A stretch of 41,690 nucleotides of DNA from Desulfuromonadales bacterium (GTDB lineage: Bacteria; Desulfobacterota; Desulfuromonadia; Desulfuromonadales; JACZKF01), in NCBI GenBank assembly GCA_014860175.1, contig JACZKF010000283.1, forward strand, positions 1 to 41,690, in the 5' to 3' direction. Shown here piece after piece: positions 8,944 through 17,094 of this stretch (positions are counted from its first letter, which is position 1; every line of letters begins with the position of its first letter). Both the position numbers and the translations under genes were made by a program. The notes below the pieces were generated by a model. That model worked only from the letters and a program-made list of their open reading frames with translations, was not told the origin of the DNA and searched no databases.

Positions 8944-10473
8944 TCAAGCCGATCTGGTCTGTTTGAAATCGAAGAAGCTGTCCCCCTTCTGCAACTGCAG
9001 ACGGCTCACATCCCGGTGCTTGCTCAGCTCCTTGAGCAGCAGCGTCAGCGGTTCCTTGCCGGTGTAATAGGTCTTGGGCGGCTGGATCTTCTTGATTTCC
9101 GCATCGCCGCGCATGATGTGGTAGAGCATGAACTCCTCGTCCGAGGCGTTGGTCAGGCCGTAGCTGGCGCGCAGCTTGGAGACCGACCCCTCTTCCGCCT
9201 CGATCTCCTGCCGCCGTCGATAGCTTTCAGCGATATTCTTGGCGTTGGGGTGGCTGAGGAACCGGTCTTTCACCTCGGGTTTCATCCAGGGGACGCCGGC
9301 ATCTTCCCAGCCCCAGACGCCGAGGGCGGTCTCGATCATGCAATCGAGGACTTCTTTGTACCGCTGGCCGGTCGCCACGTTAACGGCGGCCTGGGAGACG
9401 ATGAACTGGGAACTCGGGGTGATCATGATCGGATGACCGAGATCTTCGATGATCCGCACCACCTCATGCAGCACTTCGTCCAGCTTGTGAGCGATCCCCA
9501 GCTGTCCCAGCTGACTCACCAGATTCGAGATCACCCCCCCCGGCACCTGGTGGGAATAGACCCCGTGGTCGTACTCCAGGGGGACGCCGATCGGCAGCCC
9601 TTCGAGCTTGGCGATCCGGGTCAGCCGTTCCTCGGCCACTTTGAGCGCCTCGACGTCGGTGATGTTGTGCTGCAGGCCGAGAACCTTGGCGTTGTGCATG
9701 GCGTTGAAGATCGACACGTGCGAGGAGCCGGAGGCGAGCGGCGGCACACAGGTGTGAATGCAATTGATGCCGAGCTTCATCGCTTCCACCACGACCCGCC
9801 CTTGGTTGGTGCTCATGCCGTGCGTATGCAGATCGATCGGCACCCCCTTCGCCTCCGCCTGAATCGCCGGCAGCAGCGTCTTCAGGCGCTCGACCGTCAA
9901 CAGGCCGCCGGCGTCTTTGAGGCACAGCGCCTCCGGCTTGTACTCCATGACCCGCCGGGTCAGGTTGGCATAATACTCATCGGTGGTGCGGGGTGAGGGA
10001 TAGTAGGCGATCCAGGGCTGGAACTCGAGCCCGATCTCCCGGGCCATCGGCACCACCCAGGGGAAGGCCCGGTCGAGCTCGTTGCGCGTGTTCGCCATGA
10101 AATAAAAGCGGGAGGCCCCGGAGGCCCGGGCCGTCAACTCGTGAAACAGCCGCACCACCGACCGGGGCTCAGCATTTTCGACGAGATTCAGTCGATCCAG
10201 GATGGCGATCTGTTTTGGGGTCTTGCGGATCTTATCCCGGAACAGATGGGCGATCTGCCACGGGTCTTCCTTGAAAAAGCGCACGACCATCTTGAAGTAA
10301 ATCGAAAAAACCGGCAGATCTATATGGTCATAGCCGGCCTTGTCCAGTTGTTCGACCACGGCATCGTGCTTGCCGTAGGTCATGTTCATGGCCCACAGAC
10401 TCTGCGCTCCGTCGCGCAGGGTCGTATCCGAGAACAGCACCCTGTTTTCGCTCCCCGTATTGCCTTTGGCCAT
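8944..10473 (-). CDS. carboxyltransferase subunit, 5S/OadA/PycB-type, no biotinyl domain (paralogue CT2)
   Basis: FSDTTLRDGAQS, LKDAGGLL and LHTHGMST motifs. AGGAGG SD lies upstream of ATG 10473. Confidence 0.88.
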   Translation of the reverse strand: MAKGNTGSENRVLFSDTTLRDGAQSLWAMNMTYGKHDAVVEQLDKAGYDHIDLPVFSIYFKMVVRFFKEDPWQIAHLFRDKIRKTPKQIAILDRLNLVENAEPRSVVRLFHELTARASGASRFYFMANTRNELDRAFPWVVPMAREIGLEFQPWIAYYPSPRTTDEYYANLTRRVMEYKPEALCLKDAGGLLTVERLKTLLPAIQAEAKGVPIDLHTHGMSTNQGRVVVEAMKLGINCIHTCVPPLASGSSHVSIFNAMHNAKVLGLQHNITDVEALKVAEERLTRIAKLEGLPIGVPLEYDHGVYSHQVPGGVISNLVSQLGQLGIAHKLDEVLHEVVRIIEDLGHPIMITPSSQFIVSQAAVNVATGQRYKEVLDCMIETALGVWGWEDAGVPWMKPEVKDRFLSHPNAKNIAESYRRRQEIEAEEGSVSKLRASYGLTNASDEEFMLYHIMRGDAEIKKIQPPKTYYTGKEPLTLLLKELSKHRDVSRLQLQKGDSFFDFKQTRSA

Positions 10474-10563
10474 CTCCGCCTCCTGTCCTCAAGCGCCTGC
10501 CAACAACCTGGTTCCGGGTGAATCGGAGCGAGCAGGACCGGAGGCGCGCAGCCTTCCTACTGA

Positions 10564-10609
10564 TCGACCGTTCGTGAACTATGGTAGTCGGCCTCGGAAC
10601 CCCTGTCAA
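10564..10609 (-). promoter_or_regulatory. candidate internal sigma70 promoter plus operator-like site upstream of CT2
   Basis: The minus strand reads TTTTTTATTTGACA-N17-TACCAT (-35 at 10604-10609, -10 at 10581-10586). It is followed by CGAACGGTCGA (10564-10574), a one-mismatch copy of the TCGACCGGTCGA palindrome. Confidence 0.4.
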
Positions 10610-10728
10610 ATAAAAAAGTGTTTTACTTGCTGCGGGCAGGGAGACGGAAAATCCGCGACGGAAAAGGAGGAGGGTCATCGGGAAAAGACGGCGACCGAGG
10701 GACCGGCCGCCGGGGGATCGGCATAGGC

Positions 10729-12255
10729 TCATCTCCGGCCGAACTGGAAGACGCTATTCCCCTTTTTCATTTCCAGGCGCCGGAGGTCGTGATCTTTGCT
10801 CAATTCCTTGAGCAGCAGGAGCAGCGGTTCCTTTCCCGTGTAGTAGCTGCGGGGGGGCTGGACCTGCTTGATCTCACTGTCCCCCTTCATGATCACCTGC
10901 AGCATGAAATCTTCGTCCGAGGCGCCGGTCAGACCGTAGCTTTCGCGGATCTTGGCGAGCGATCCTTCTTCGGCCTCGATCTCCTGCTTCCGCTGGTACT
11001 TATCCCGCAGGTACTTGGCATTCGGGGCGCTGAGGAAGCGGTCCCGGACGTTCGGATCCATCCAGGGGACACCGGCATCTTCCCAGCCCCAGACGCCGAG
11101 GGCGGTCTCGATCATCGAGTCGAGGACCTCCTTGTAGCGCTCCCCGGTGGCGACGTTGACGGCGGCCTGCGAGACGATGAACTGGGAGGCCGGAGTGATC
11201 ATGATCGGGTTGCCGAGATCTTCGATGATCCGCACCACCTCTTCGAGAACCTCATCGAGCTTCTCGGCAATGCCGATCTGCCGCAACTGCTCTTTCAGGT
11301 TGGTGATCACCCCCCCGGGCACCTGATGCCGGTAGACGCTGTGATCGTATTCCAGCGGCGTGAAGTCGACCGGCAGGTTTTCGATCCGACCGATGATCCT
11401 GAGCCGCCTCTCGACCTCCCTGAGCGCCGCGACGTCGGTGATATTGTGGTCGACGCCGAGAATCCTGGCGTTGTGCATGGCATTGAAGATCGAGACGTGG
11501 GAAGAACCGAAGGCCAGGGGCGGAACGCAGGTGTGAATCCCGTCGATCCCCAGTTTCATCGCCTCTACCACCACCTGCCCCTGGTTGGTACTCATGCCGT
11601 GGGTATGCAGGTCGACCGGCACCCCCTTCGCCTCCTTCTGGATGGCCGGCAGCAGGGTCCGCAGCCGCTCCGCCGTCAGCAGGCCGCCGGCATCCTTCAG
11701 CCAGAGCGTATGCGGCTCATAGGCCATGAGCTTGCGGGTCAGGTCGGCGTAGTAGTCGTCGCTGAGCCGGGGCGACGGGTAGTAACAGATGCACGGATTG
11801 AAGTCGAGGCCGAGGCTTTTGCCGAAAGGGACCAGCCAGGGGCAATGGCGGTCGAGCTCGTTGCGGGTATTGACCATGTAGAAGAAGCGTTCGGCGCCGG
11901 TGGCTCTGAAGGTCAGCTGGTAAAACAGCTTGATGATCGAGCGCGGCTGGCCGTAATCGAGCAGGTCGAGGCATTCCATCAGGACCTGGTTTTTCCGGGT
12001 CCGGGTTATTTTTCTCCCGAGCAGATGCGCAATGTCCCAGGGGTTTTCTTTCATAAACCGGACCTGGTGTTTGGCCGTCATCGCATTCACCGGTAGTTCG
12101 ATATAGCTGTAGCCGGCCTGGTCGAGTTCGCCGGCGATCGCATCGATGGTGCCGTGGCGCATTTCCATCGCCCAGTTGCTCTGGGCGCCGTCGCGCAGGG
12201 AGGTGTCGTAGAACTGCACCGACTTTTTCGCTCTGGTCTGGTTCTCTCTTTCCAT
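10729..12255 (-). CDS. carboxyltransferase subunit, 5S/OadA/PycB-type, no biotinyl domain (paralogue CT3)
   Basis: FYDTSLRDGAQS, LKDAGGLL and LHTHGMST motifs. AGAGGGA SD lies upstream of ATG 12255. Confidence 0.88.
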   Translation of the reverse strand: MERENQTRAKKSVQFYDTSLRDGAQSNWAMEMRHGTIDAIAGELDQAGYSYIELPVNAMTAKHQVRFMKENPWDIAHLLGRKITRTRKNQVLMECLDLLDYGQPRSIIKLFYQLTFRATGAERFFYMVNTRNELDRHCPWLVPFGKSLGLDFNPCICYYPSPRLSDDYYADLTRKLMAYEPHTLWLKDAGGLLTAERLRTLLPAIQKEAKGVPVDLHTHGMSTNQGQVVVEAMKLGIDGIHTCVPPLAFGSSHVSIFNAMHNARILGVDHNITDVAALREVERRLRIIGRIENLPVDFTPLEYDHSVYRHQVPGGVITNLKEQLRQIGIAEKLDEVLEEVVRIIEDLGNPIMITPASQFIVSQAAVNVATGERYKEVLDSMIETALGVWGWEDAGVPWMDPNVRDRFLSAPNAKYLRDKYQRKQEIEAEEGSLAKIRESYGLTGASDEDFMLQVIMKGDSEIKQVQPPRSYYTGKEPLLLLLKELSKDHDLRRLEMKKGNSVFQFGRR

Positions 12256-12343
12256 GCCTGGTCCCTCTTGATGGTTGCCGACGAAAATCGAGCCGCCGAG
12301 AAGCGCGAGGTCACCCGGCGGCTGCGCTCACCGCCAGAAACGC

Positions 12344-12403
12344 CGACGGCAGCACCCGTCTCGGTGGGCAAAATACCTGCCCACCGACGCAGTGCTGCCG
12401 TCG
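12344..12403 (-). other. nested 60-nt stem-loop in the BC-CT3 intergenic region
   Basis: The outer arms CGACGGCAGCAC (12344-12355) and GTGCTGCCGTCG (12392-12403) are a perfect 12-bp inverted repeat. They enclose an inner 8-bp hairpin, GGTGGGCA (12363-12370) / TGCCCACC (12378-12385). Confidence 0.5.
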
Positions 12404-12444
12404 CCGTGATCTCACTCAGCCTCTCCCGAGGTCTGCATAACGAG

Positions 12445-13812
12445 CTACTTCATGGCTGCCAGAAATTTGGGCATCACGGTGTTTTCGATCCATTTGACAT
12501 GAATCTCCCCGGTGGCGAACTCAGGCTGGGCGATGAGGAACTGGAGAAACGGAATGTTGGTCTCCACACCGCTGATCTGAAAGCTGGCCAGGGCGCTTTT
12601 CAGGTTTTGCAGGGCGCTGTCGCGGGTCTCACCGGTGGCAATGACCTTGGCCATCAGAGAATCGTAGTAGGGGCTGATGGTGTAGCCCTGGTAGCAGTGC
12701 GTGTCGACCCGGATGTTGTCCCCGTACGGGACGACGAAGCGGGAGATCTGGCCCGGGGTCGGCATGAAATCGTTCCTGCTGTCTTCGGCGGTGATGCGGC
12801 ACTCGATGGCGTGCCCCTTAAACTTCACCTCGGACTGATTCAGCGCCAGAGGATGGCCGAAGGCGATCCGGATCTGTTCCTTGACCAGATCGACCCCGGT
12901 CACTTCTTCGGTGACCGGATGCTCCACCTGGATCCGCGTGTTCACTTCCATGAAGTAGAACTGCTGGCGGTCCATGTCGACCAGGAACTCCACCGTGGCG
13001 GCATTGTTGTAATTGATCCCTTTGGCCAGAGCCACGGCCGCCGCCGAAATCCTGTCGGTCAGCTCCTCAGGGAGACCGATCGGCCGGGCCTCTTCGATCA
13101 CCTTCTGATACCGGCGCTGGGAAGAGCAGTCCCGCTGCCCGAGATGAATGACCCGGCCGAAATTATCGCCGAGAATCTGGACTTCGACATGTCGCGCATT
13201 CTGCACATAGCGCTCCATGAACAGGGTCGGATCGCCGAAGGCTTTCTGGGCTTCGTTGGACGCCATGTCGAAGGCGTTTTTTAACTCCTTCAACTCCCGG
13301 ACGATGCGCATCCCGCGCCCGCCACCGCCGGCCGAGGCCTTAAAGAGGATCGGAAATCCGAGCTCCTGGGCGATCGCTTCCGCCACCTTGTAATCGCTCA
13401 GGCCGTCACTCCCCTGGTTGATGGGAACGCCGCACTCGGTGGCGATCTTCCGGGCCCGGATCTTGTCGCCCAGCTGCCGCATGGTCTCGGAGCGAGGGCC
13501 GATAAAAATGATGCCGTTCTTTTCGCAGGCGAGGGGCAGCTCGGGATTCTCGGCAAGAAACCCGTACCCCGGATGAATGGCATCGCAGCCGGTCCCCTGG
13601 GCCGTGGCGATGAGCATCGGGATGTTCAGGTAACTCTGGCCGGCCGGGGCCGGGCCGATACAGACCACCTTGTCCGCCAGCCGGGCCGGCAGACTCTCCT
13701 TGTCGGCTTCCGAAACCACCAGCACGGTCTCGACATTGCTCTGTTCGCAGGCCCGGATGATCCGAACGGCGATCTCGCCGCGGTTGGCGATCAAAATTCG
13801 CTTTTTTCTCAT
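12445..13812 (-). CDS. biotin carboxylase (ATP-grasp), AccC-like
   Basis: 455 aa, MRKKRILIANRGEIAVRIIRA..., ATP-grasp core and C-terminal biotin-carboxylase domain, collinear with AccC and the PC BC domain. Confidence 0.93.
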   Translation of the reverse strand: MRKKRILIANRGEIAVRIIRACEQSNVETVLVVSEADKESLPARLADKVVCIGPAPAGQSYLNIPMLIATAQGTGCDAIHPGYGFLAENPELPLACEKNGIIFIGPRSETMRQLGDKIRARKIATECGVPINQGSDGLSDYKVAEAIAQELGFPILFKASAGGGGRGMRIVRELKELKNAFDMASNEAQKAFGDPTLFMERYVQNARHVEVQILGDNFGRVIHLGQRDCSSQRRYQKVIEEARPIGLPEELTDRISAAAVALAKGINYNNAATVEFLVDMDRQQFYFMEVNTRIQVEHPVTEEVTGVDLVKEQIRIAFGHPLALNQSEVKFKGHAIECRITAEDSRNDFMPTPGQISRFVVPYGDNIRVDTHCYQGYTISPYYDSLMAKVIATGETRDSALQNLKSALASFQISGVETNIPFLQFLIAQPEFATGEIHVKWIENTVMPKFLAAMK

Positions 13813-13898
13813 CTTTTGCGTCGCTCCTTCATCACGGCATGGTCACCGCGCATCTCGGGGAAGGGCTGAGGCCAGGGGCGCAGCCGACCCGCCTTGCC

Positions 13899-14423
13899 TC
13901 ACTCGGGGCGAATCAGGAACATGACGGTGCCGGCCTGCACCAGGTCGCTGCTCTCCACGCAGATCTTCTCCACCCGCCCGCGCACATCGGCCGTCACCTG
14001 GCGGAAGCACTTCATCACTTCCAGCAGGCAGCCGACGGTGTCTTCCTGGACCAAGTCGCCGACTTCGACGAACGACGGCTCCTCCGGGCTCGGCCGGCGG
14101 TAGAAGACGCTGGTGACGTTCGCCTTGATCGGGATGAGCCCCTCTTCGGCCACTGCCGAAGTCTTGTCCGCCGCCGGGGCGGCGACCGCTTTCGGCTCGG
14201 CAGCCCTCGGCGCTGCCAAGGCCGCTGCGCTCGGGGCGGCAGGGGCGGCCGGGCTGGTCTGGCAGGCGACCCCGGAGAAGTTCACCAGGGTGCGGCTATT
14301 GTCACCGACTTCCCCCTTGAACAGGGACATCTTCAGCTCGCCGGTATCGATATGCAGTTCAGCGTCTTTGCACTCCTTGACGATTTTCAACGCCTCGATG
14401 ACATCATCCATGCTGAAACCCAT
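13899..14423 (-). CDS. biotin carboxyl carrier protein, AccB-type (BCCP2)
   Basis: 174 aa, about 92% identical to BCCP1, with the same EVMK motif and Ala/Pro linker. AGGAAGG SD lies upstream of ATG 14423. Confidence 0.9.
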   Translation of the reverse strand: MGFSMDDVIEALKIVKECKDAELHIDTGELKMSLFKGEVGDNSRTLVNFSGVACQTSPAAPAAPSAAALAAPRAAEPKAVAAPAADKTSAVAEEGLIPIKANVTSVFYRRPSPEEPSFVEVGDLVQEDTVGCLLEVMKCFRQVTADVRGRVEKICVESSDLVQAGTVMFLIRPE

Positions 14424-14455
14424 AATCTGCCTTCCTTTCGTCGCGGTTTGACCGG

Positions 14456-15979
14456 TTATTTTTGCCGGAAATCAAAAAAGCTGCTGCCTTTTTGCATCTG
14501 CAGGCGGCTGATGTCCCGATCTTTACTCAATTCGTGGAGCAGCAGCATCAGGGGTTCCTTGCCCGTGTAGTAGCTTTTCGGCGGTTTGATCTTCTTGATC
14601 TCGGAGTCGCCGCGCATGATATGGTAGAGCATGAAATCCTCATCCGAGGCGTTGGTCATGCCGTAGCTGGAGCGCAGTTTGTTCACGTTCCCCTCTTCGG
14701 CTTCCATCTCCTGCCTCCGTTTGTATTTTTCGCCCAGCGGCTTGGCGTTGGGATGGCTGAGGAAGCGGTCCTTGATCTCGGGTTTCATCCAGGGGACGCC
14801 CGCATCTTCCCACCCCCAGACGCCGAGGGCGGTTTCGATCATGCAGTCGAGAACCTCCTTGTAGCGCTCCCCGGTGGCGACGTTGACCGCCGCCTGCGAG
14901 ACGATGAACTGGGAGGCCGGGGTGATCATGATCGGATGTCCGAGGTCTTCGATGATGCGTACCACCTCGTCCAGAACCTCGTCGAGCTTGTGCCCGATCC
15001 CCAGCTGGGCCAACTGGCTCCTCAGGTTCGAAATGACCCCCCCGGGAATCTGGTGCGAGTAAATGCCGTGATCGTATTCCAGGGGGGCGCCGAGCGGGAG
15101 GTTCTCCAGCTTGGCGATCCGGTTCAGACGCTCTTCGGCCAGCTTGAGCGCCTCGATGTTGGTGATGTTGTGGCTCATGCGCAGCACCTTGGCGTTGTGC
15201 ATAGCGTTGAAGATCGACACGTGGGAGGAGCCGGAGGCGAGCGGCGGGACACAGGTGTGGACGCGATCGATGCCGAGTTTCATCGCTTCCACCACGACCA
15301 GCCCCTGAAACGTACTCATGCCATGGGTGTGGAGTTCGATCGGGACGCCCTTGGCTTCCTTCTGGATGGCCGGCAGGAGGGTCCGGATGCGATCCAGGGT
15401 CAGCAGCCCCCCGGCATCCTTGAGCATGATGGCATCCGGCTTGTACGCCATGATCTTTTTGGTCAGGTTGGCGTAGTAGGCGTCCGTCGTCCGGGGCGAG
15501 GGGTAGTAGCAGACCGCCGGCATGATTTCCATTCCGAGGTTTCGGGCGATCGGGATCAGCCAAGGGAAGTAGCGATCGAGCTCGTTCCTCGTATTGGCCA
15601 GGGTAAAAAACCGGCCCAGTCCGGCGCTTCTTGCCGCCAGTTCATAGTAGAGGCGAACGACCGAACGCGCTTCGGACTCACCGAGCAGGTCCAGGCAATC
15701 CATGATCACCGCACTCTTCTTGGTCTTGGTGATCTTTTCCTTGAAGACACGGGCGATCTGCCACGGATCTTCCTGCAGGAAGCGGACCTGGAACTTGAAG
15801 TTGACGGCGTTCATCGGCAGTTCGATCGAATCGTATCCGGCATCATCCAGTTCGGCGGCAACAGCATCAATCATGCCGTGGGTCATTTTCATGGCCCACA
15901 TGCTCTGAGCGCCATCGCGGAGCGTCACGTCCGTGAAGGTGATCTTGTTTTCAGTCGTTGCCTTGCTTTCCTTACCCAT
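14456..15979 (-). CDS. carboxyltransferase subunit, 5S/OadA/PycB-type, no biotinyl domain (paralogue CT4)
   Basis: FTDVTLRDGAQS, LKDAGGLL and LHTHGMST motifs. GAAGGAG SD lies upstream of ATG 15979. Confidence 0.88.
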   Translation of the reverse strand: MGKESKATTENKITFTDVTLRDGAQSMWAMKMTHGMIDAVAAELDDAGYDSIELPMNAVNFKFQVRFLQEDPWQIARVFKEKITKTKKSAVIMDCLDLLGESEARSVVRLYYELAARSAGLGRFFTLANTRNELDRYFPWLIPIARNLGMEIMPAVCYYPSPRTTDAYYANLTKKIMAYKPDAIMLKDAGGLLTLDRIRTLLPAIQKEAKGVPIELHTHGMSTFQGLVVVEAMKLGIDRVHTCVPPLASGSSHVSIFNAMHNAKVLRMSHNITNIEALKLAEERLNRIAKLENLPLGAPLEYDHGIYSHQIPGGVISNLRSQLAQLGIGHKLDEVLDEVVRIIEDLGHPIMITPASQFIVSQAAVNVATGERYKEVLDCMIETALGVWGWEDAGVPWMKPEIKDRFLSHPNAKPLGEKYKRRQEMEAEEGNVNKLRSSYGMTNASDEDFMLYHIMRGDSEIKKIKPPKSYYTGKEPLMLLLHELSKDRDISRLQMQKGSSFFDFRQK

Positions 15980-16128
15980 ATGTACTCCTTCTCAAGAAGC
16001 TGCAGAAGCTGAAGCGGGCGCAAGTCCTTCTCTCTGAACCGACCGGAGATGCCGTTTTCGATTGCCGGGGCGGGTTGCCTCCCCTTCCCCGCACCTCTGC
16101 CGGAAAGGGGAGGGTTCAACTGATTGGC

Positions 16129-16896
16129 CTAAAAAGCCGTCCAGCCGCCATCGACGGCGATCGTCTCGCCGGTCATGTAACTGGCGGCCTCGGAAGCCAT
16201 GAACACGCAGACGTCGCCGATTTCCCGCGGCTCGCCACCACGTTTCATCGGGATTTTGAGCAGGTTCTGCTCCAGGATCTTCGGATTCGATTCGATGTCC
16301 CGTTTGGCCATCTCGGTGACGATATACCCGGGGGCGATGCAGTTGACGCGCACACCTTTGCGCGCCCACTCGACGGCGAGGGCCCGGGTCAACTGCACAA
16401 CTCCGCCCTTGCTGGCGATGTAGGCGGCGATATTGGGGAAGCCTCTCAGGCCGAAGACGGAGGCGTTGTTGATCATGCAGCCGCTCTTGCGGGCGACCAT
16501 TTCCCGGCCGACGATCTTGCTGCAGAGAAAGTAGCCCTTCAGGTTGGTATCGAGCACGTGGTCCCACTCTTCCTCGGTGACATCGATCGTCGGCTTGACC
16601 AGGTTGATGCCGGCGTTGTTCACCAGAATGTCGATCTGACCAAACTCGGCCAGGGTCTTCTGCACCATCGCCTCGATGTCACTCGACTTCAGCACGTCGG
16701 TTTTGACCTTGATGCACTTCACCCCTTTGGCGGCGACCTCGGCGACCACCTTTTCCAGGCTCGCCTCGTTGCGGGCGGCCAGAACCAGATTCGCCCCCGC
16801 CTCGGCCATGCTGATGGCGATCGCTTCCCCCAGACCCTGACTTGCGCCCGTGATGATCGCTGTTTTCCCTTGCAAACTGAACCGTTCCAATGCCAT
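16129..16896 (-). CDS. short-chain dehydrogenase/reductase (SDR); first gene of the carboxylase operon
   Basis: TGASQGLG, NNAG and YIASKGGV motifs. The start is moved to ATG 16896 (MALERFSLQGK) with a GGGAGG SD. Confidence 0.9.
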   Translation of the reverse strand: MALERFSLQGKTAIITGASQGLGEAIAISMAEAGANLVLAARNEASLEKVVAEVAAKGVKCIKVKTDVLKSSDIEAMVQKTLAEFGQIDILVNNAGINLVKPTIDVTEEEWDHVLDTNLKGYFLCSKIVGREMVARKSGCMINNASVFGLRGFPNIAAYIASKGGVVQLTRALAVEWARKGVRVNCIAPGYIVTEMAKRDIESNPKILEQNLLKIPMKRGGEPREIGDVCVFMASEAASYMTGETIAVDGGWTAF

Positions 16897-16974
16897 GACA
16901 ATTACCTCCCGCTGGATGTGTGTAGGTCGAATCGGATTTTCTGCGGAGACCGCCGGCGCCGTTTCCGGCCTGCA

Positions 16975-16984
16975 CGACCGGTCG
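16975..16984. promoter_or_regulatory. perfect 10-bp palindrome CGACCGGTCG in the long 5' leader of the carboxylase operon
   Basis: Same core as 7477-7488 and 20226-20237. It lies about 80 nt upstream of the SDR start codon. Confidence 0.35.
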
Positions 16985-17094
16985 TTCAAGGCGGCGCTGG
17001 CACTCCCCCATTTTGATCGGCGAAAGCTCTCCCCAGAAGGTCCGTTTCCCCAGAAAAGATTAGAAACTGGAGGTGAAATCCCCCAAATTTATTA

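Noticed and set aside
914-16012. Very long plus-strand ORFs (e.g. 914-1912, 5021-6793, 8605-9996, 10618-12096, 12154-13284, 14462-16012) lying antisense to the carboxylase-operon genes.
   Set aside because: Each is fully embedded antisense in a minus-strand gene that has clear family motifs and an SD. Their translations are Arg/Gly/Pro/Asp/His-rich low-complexity sequence, typical of shadow ORFs in GC-rich DNA. The same applies to 20001-21554(-), 39032-40414(-) and 40266-41384(-).
16995-17015. TGGCAC-containing sequence (CTGGCACTCCCCCATTTTG) as a sigma54 promoter.
   Set aside because: It lacks the TTGC element at the correct 10-11 nt spacing, and it points away from any gene on the plus strand.
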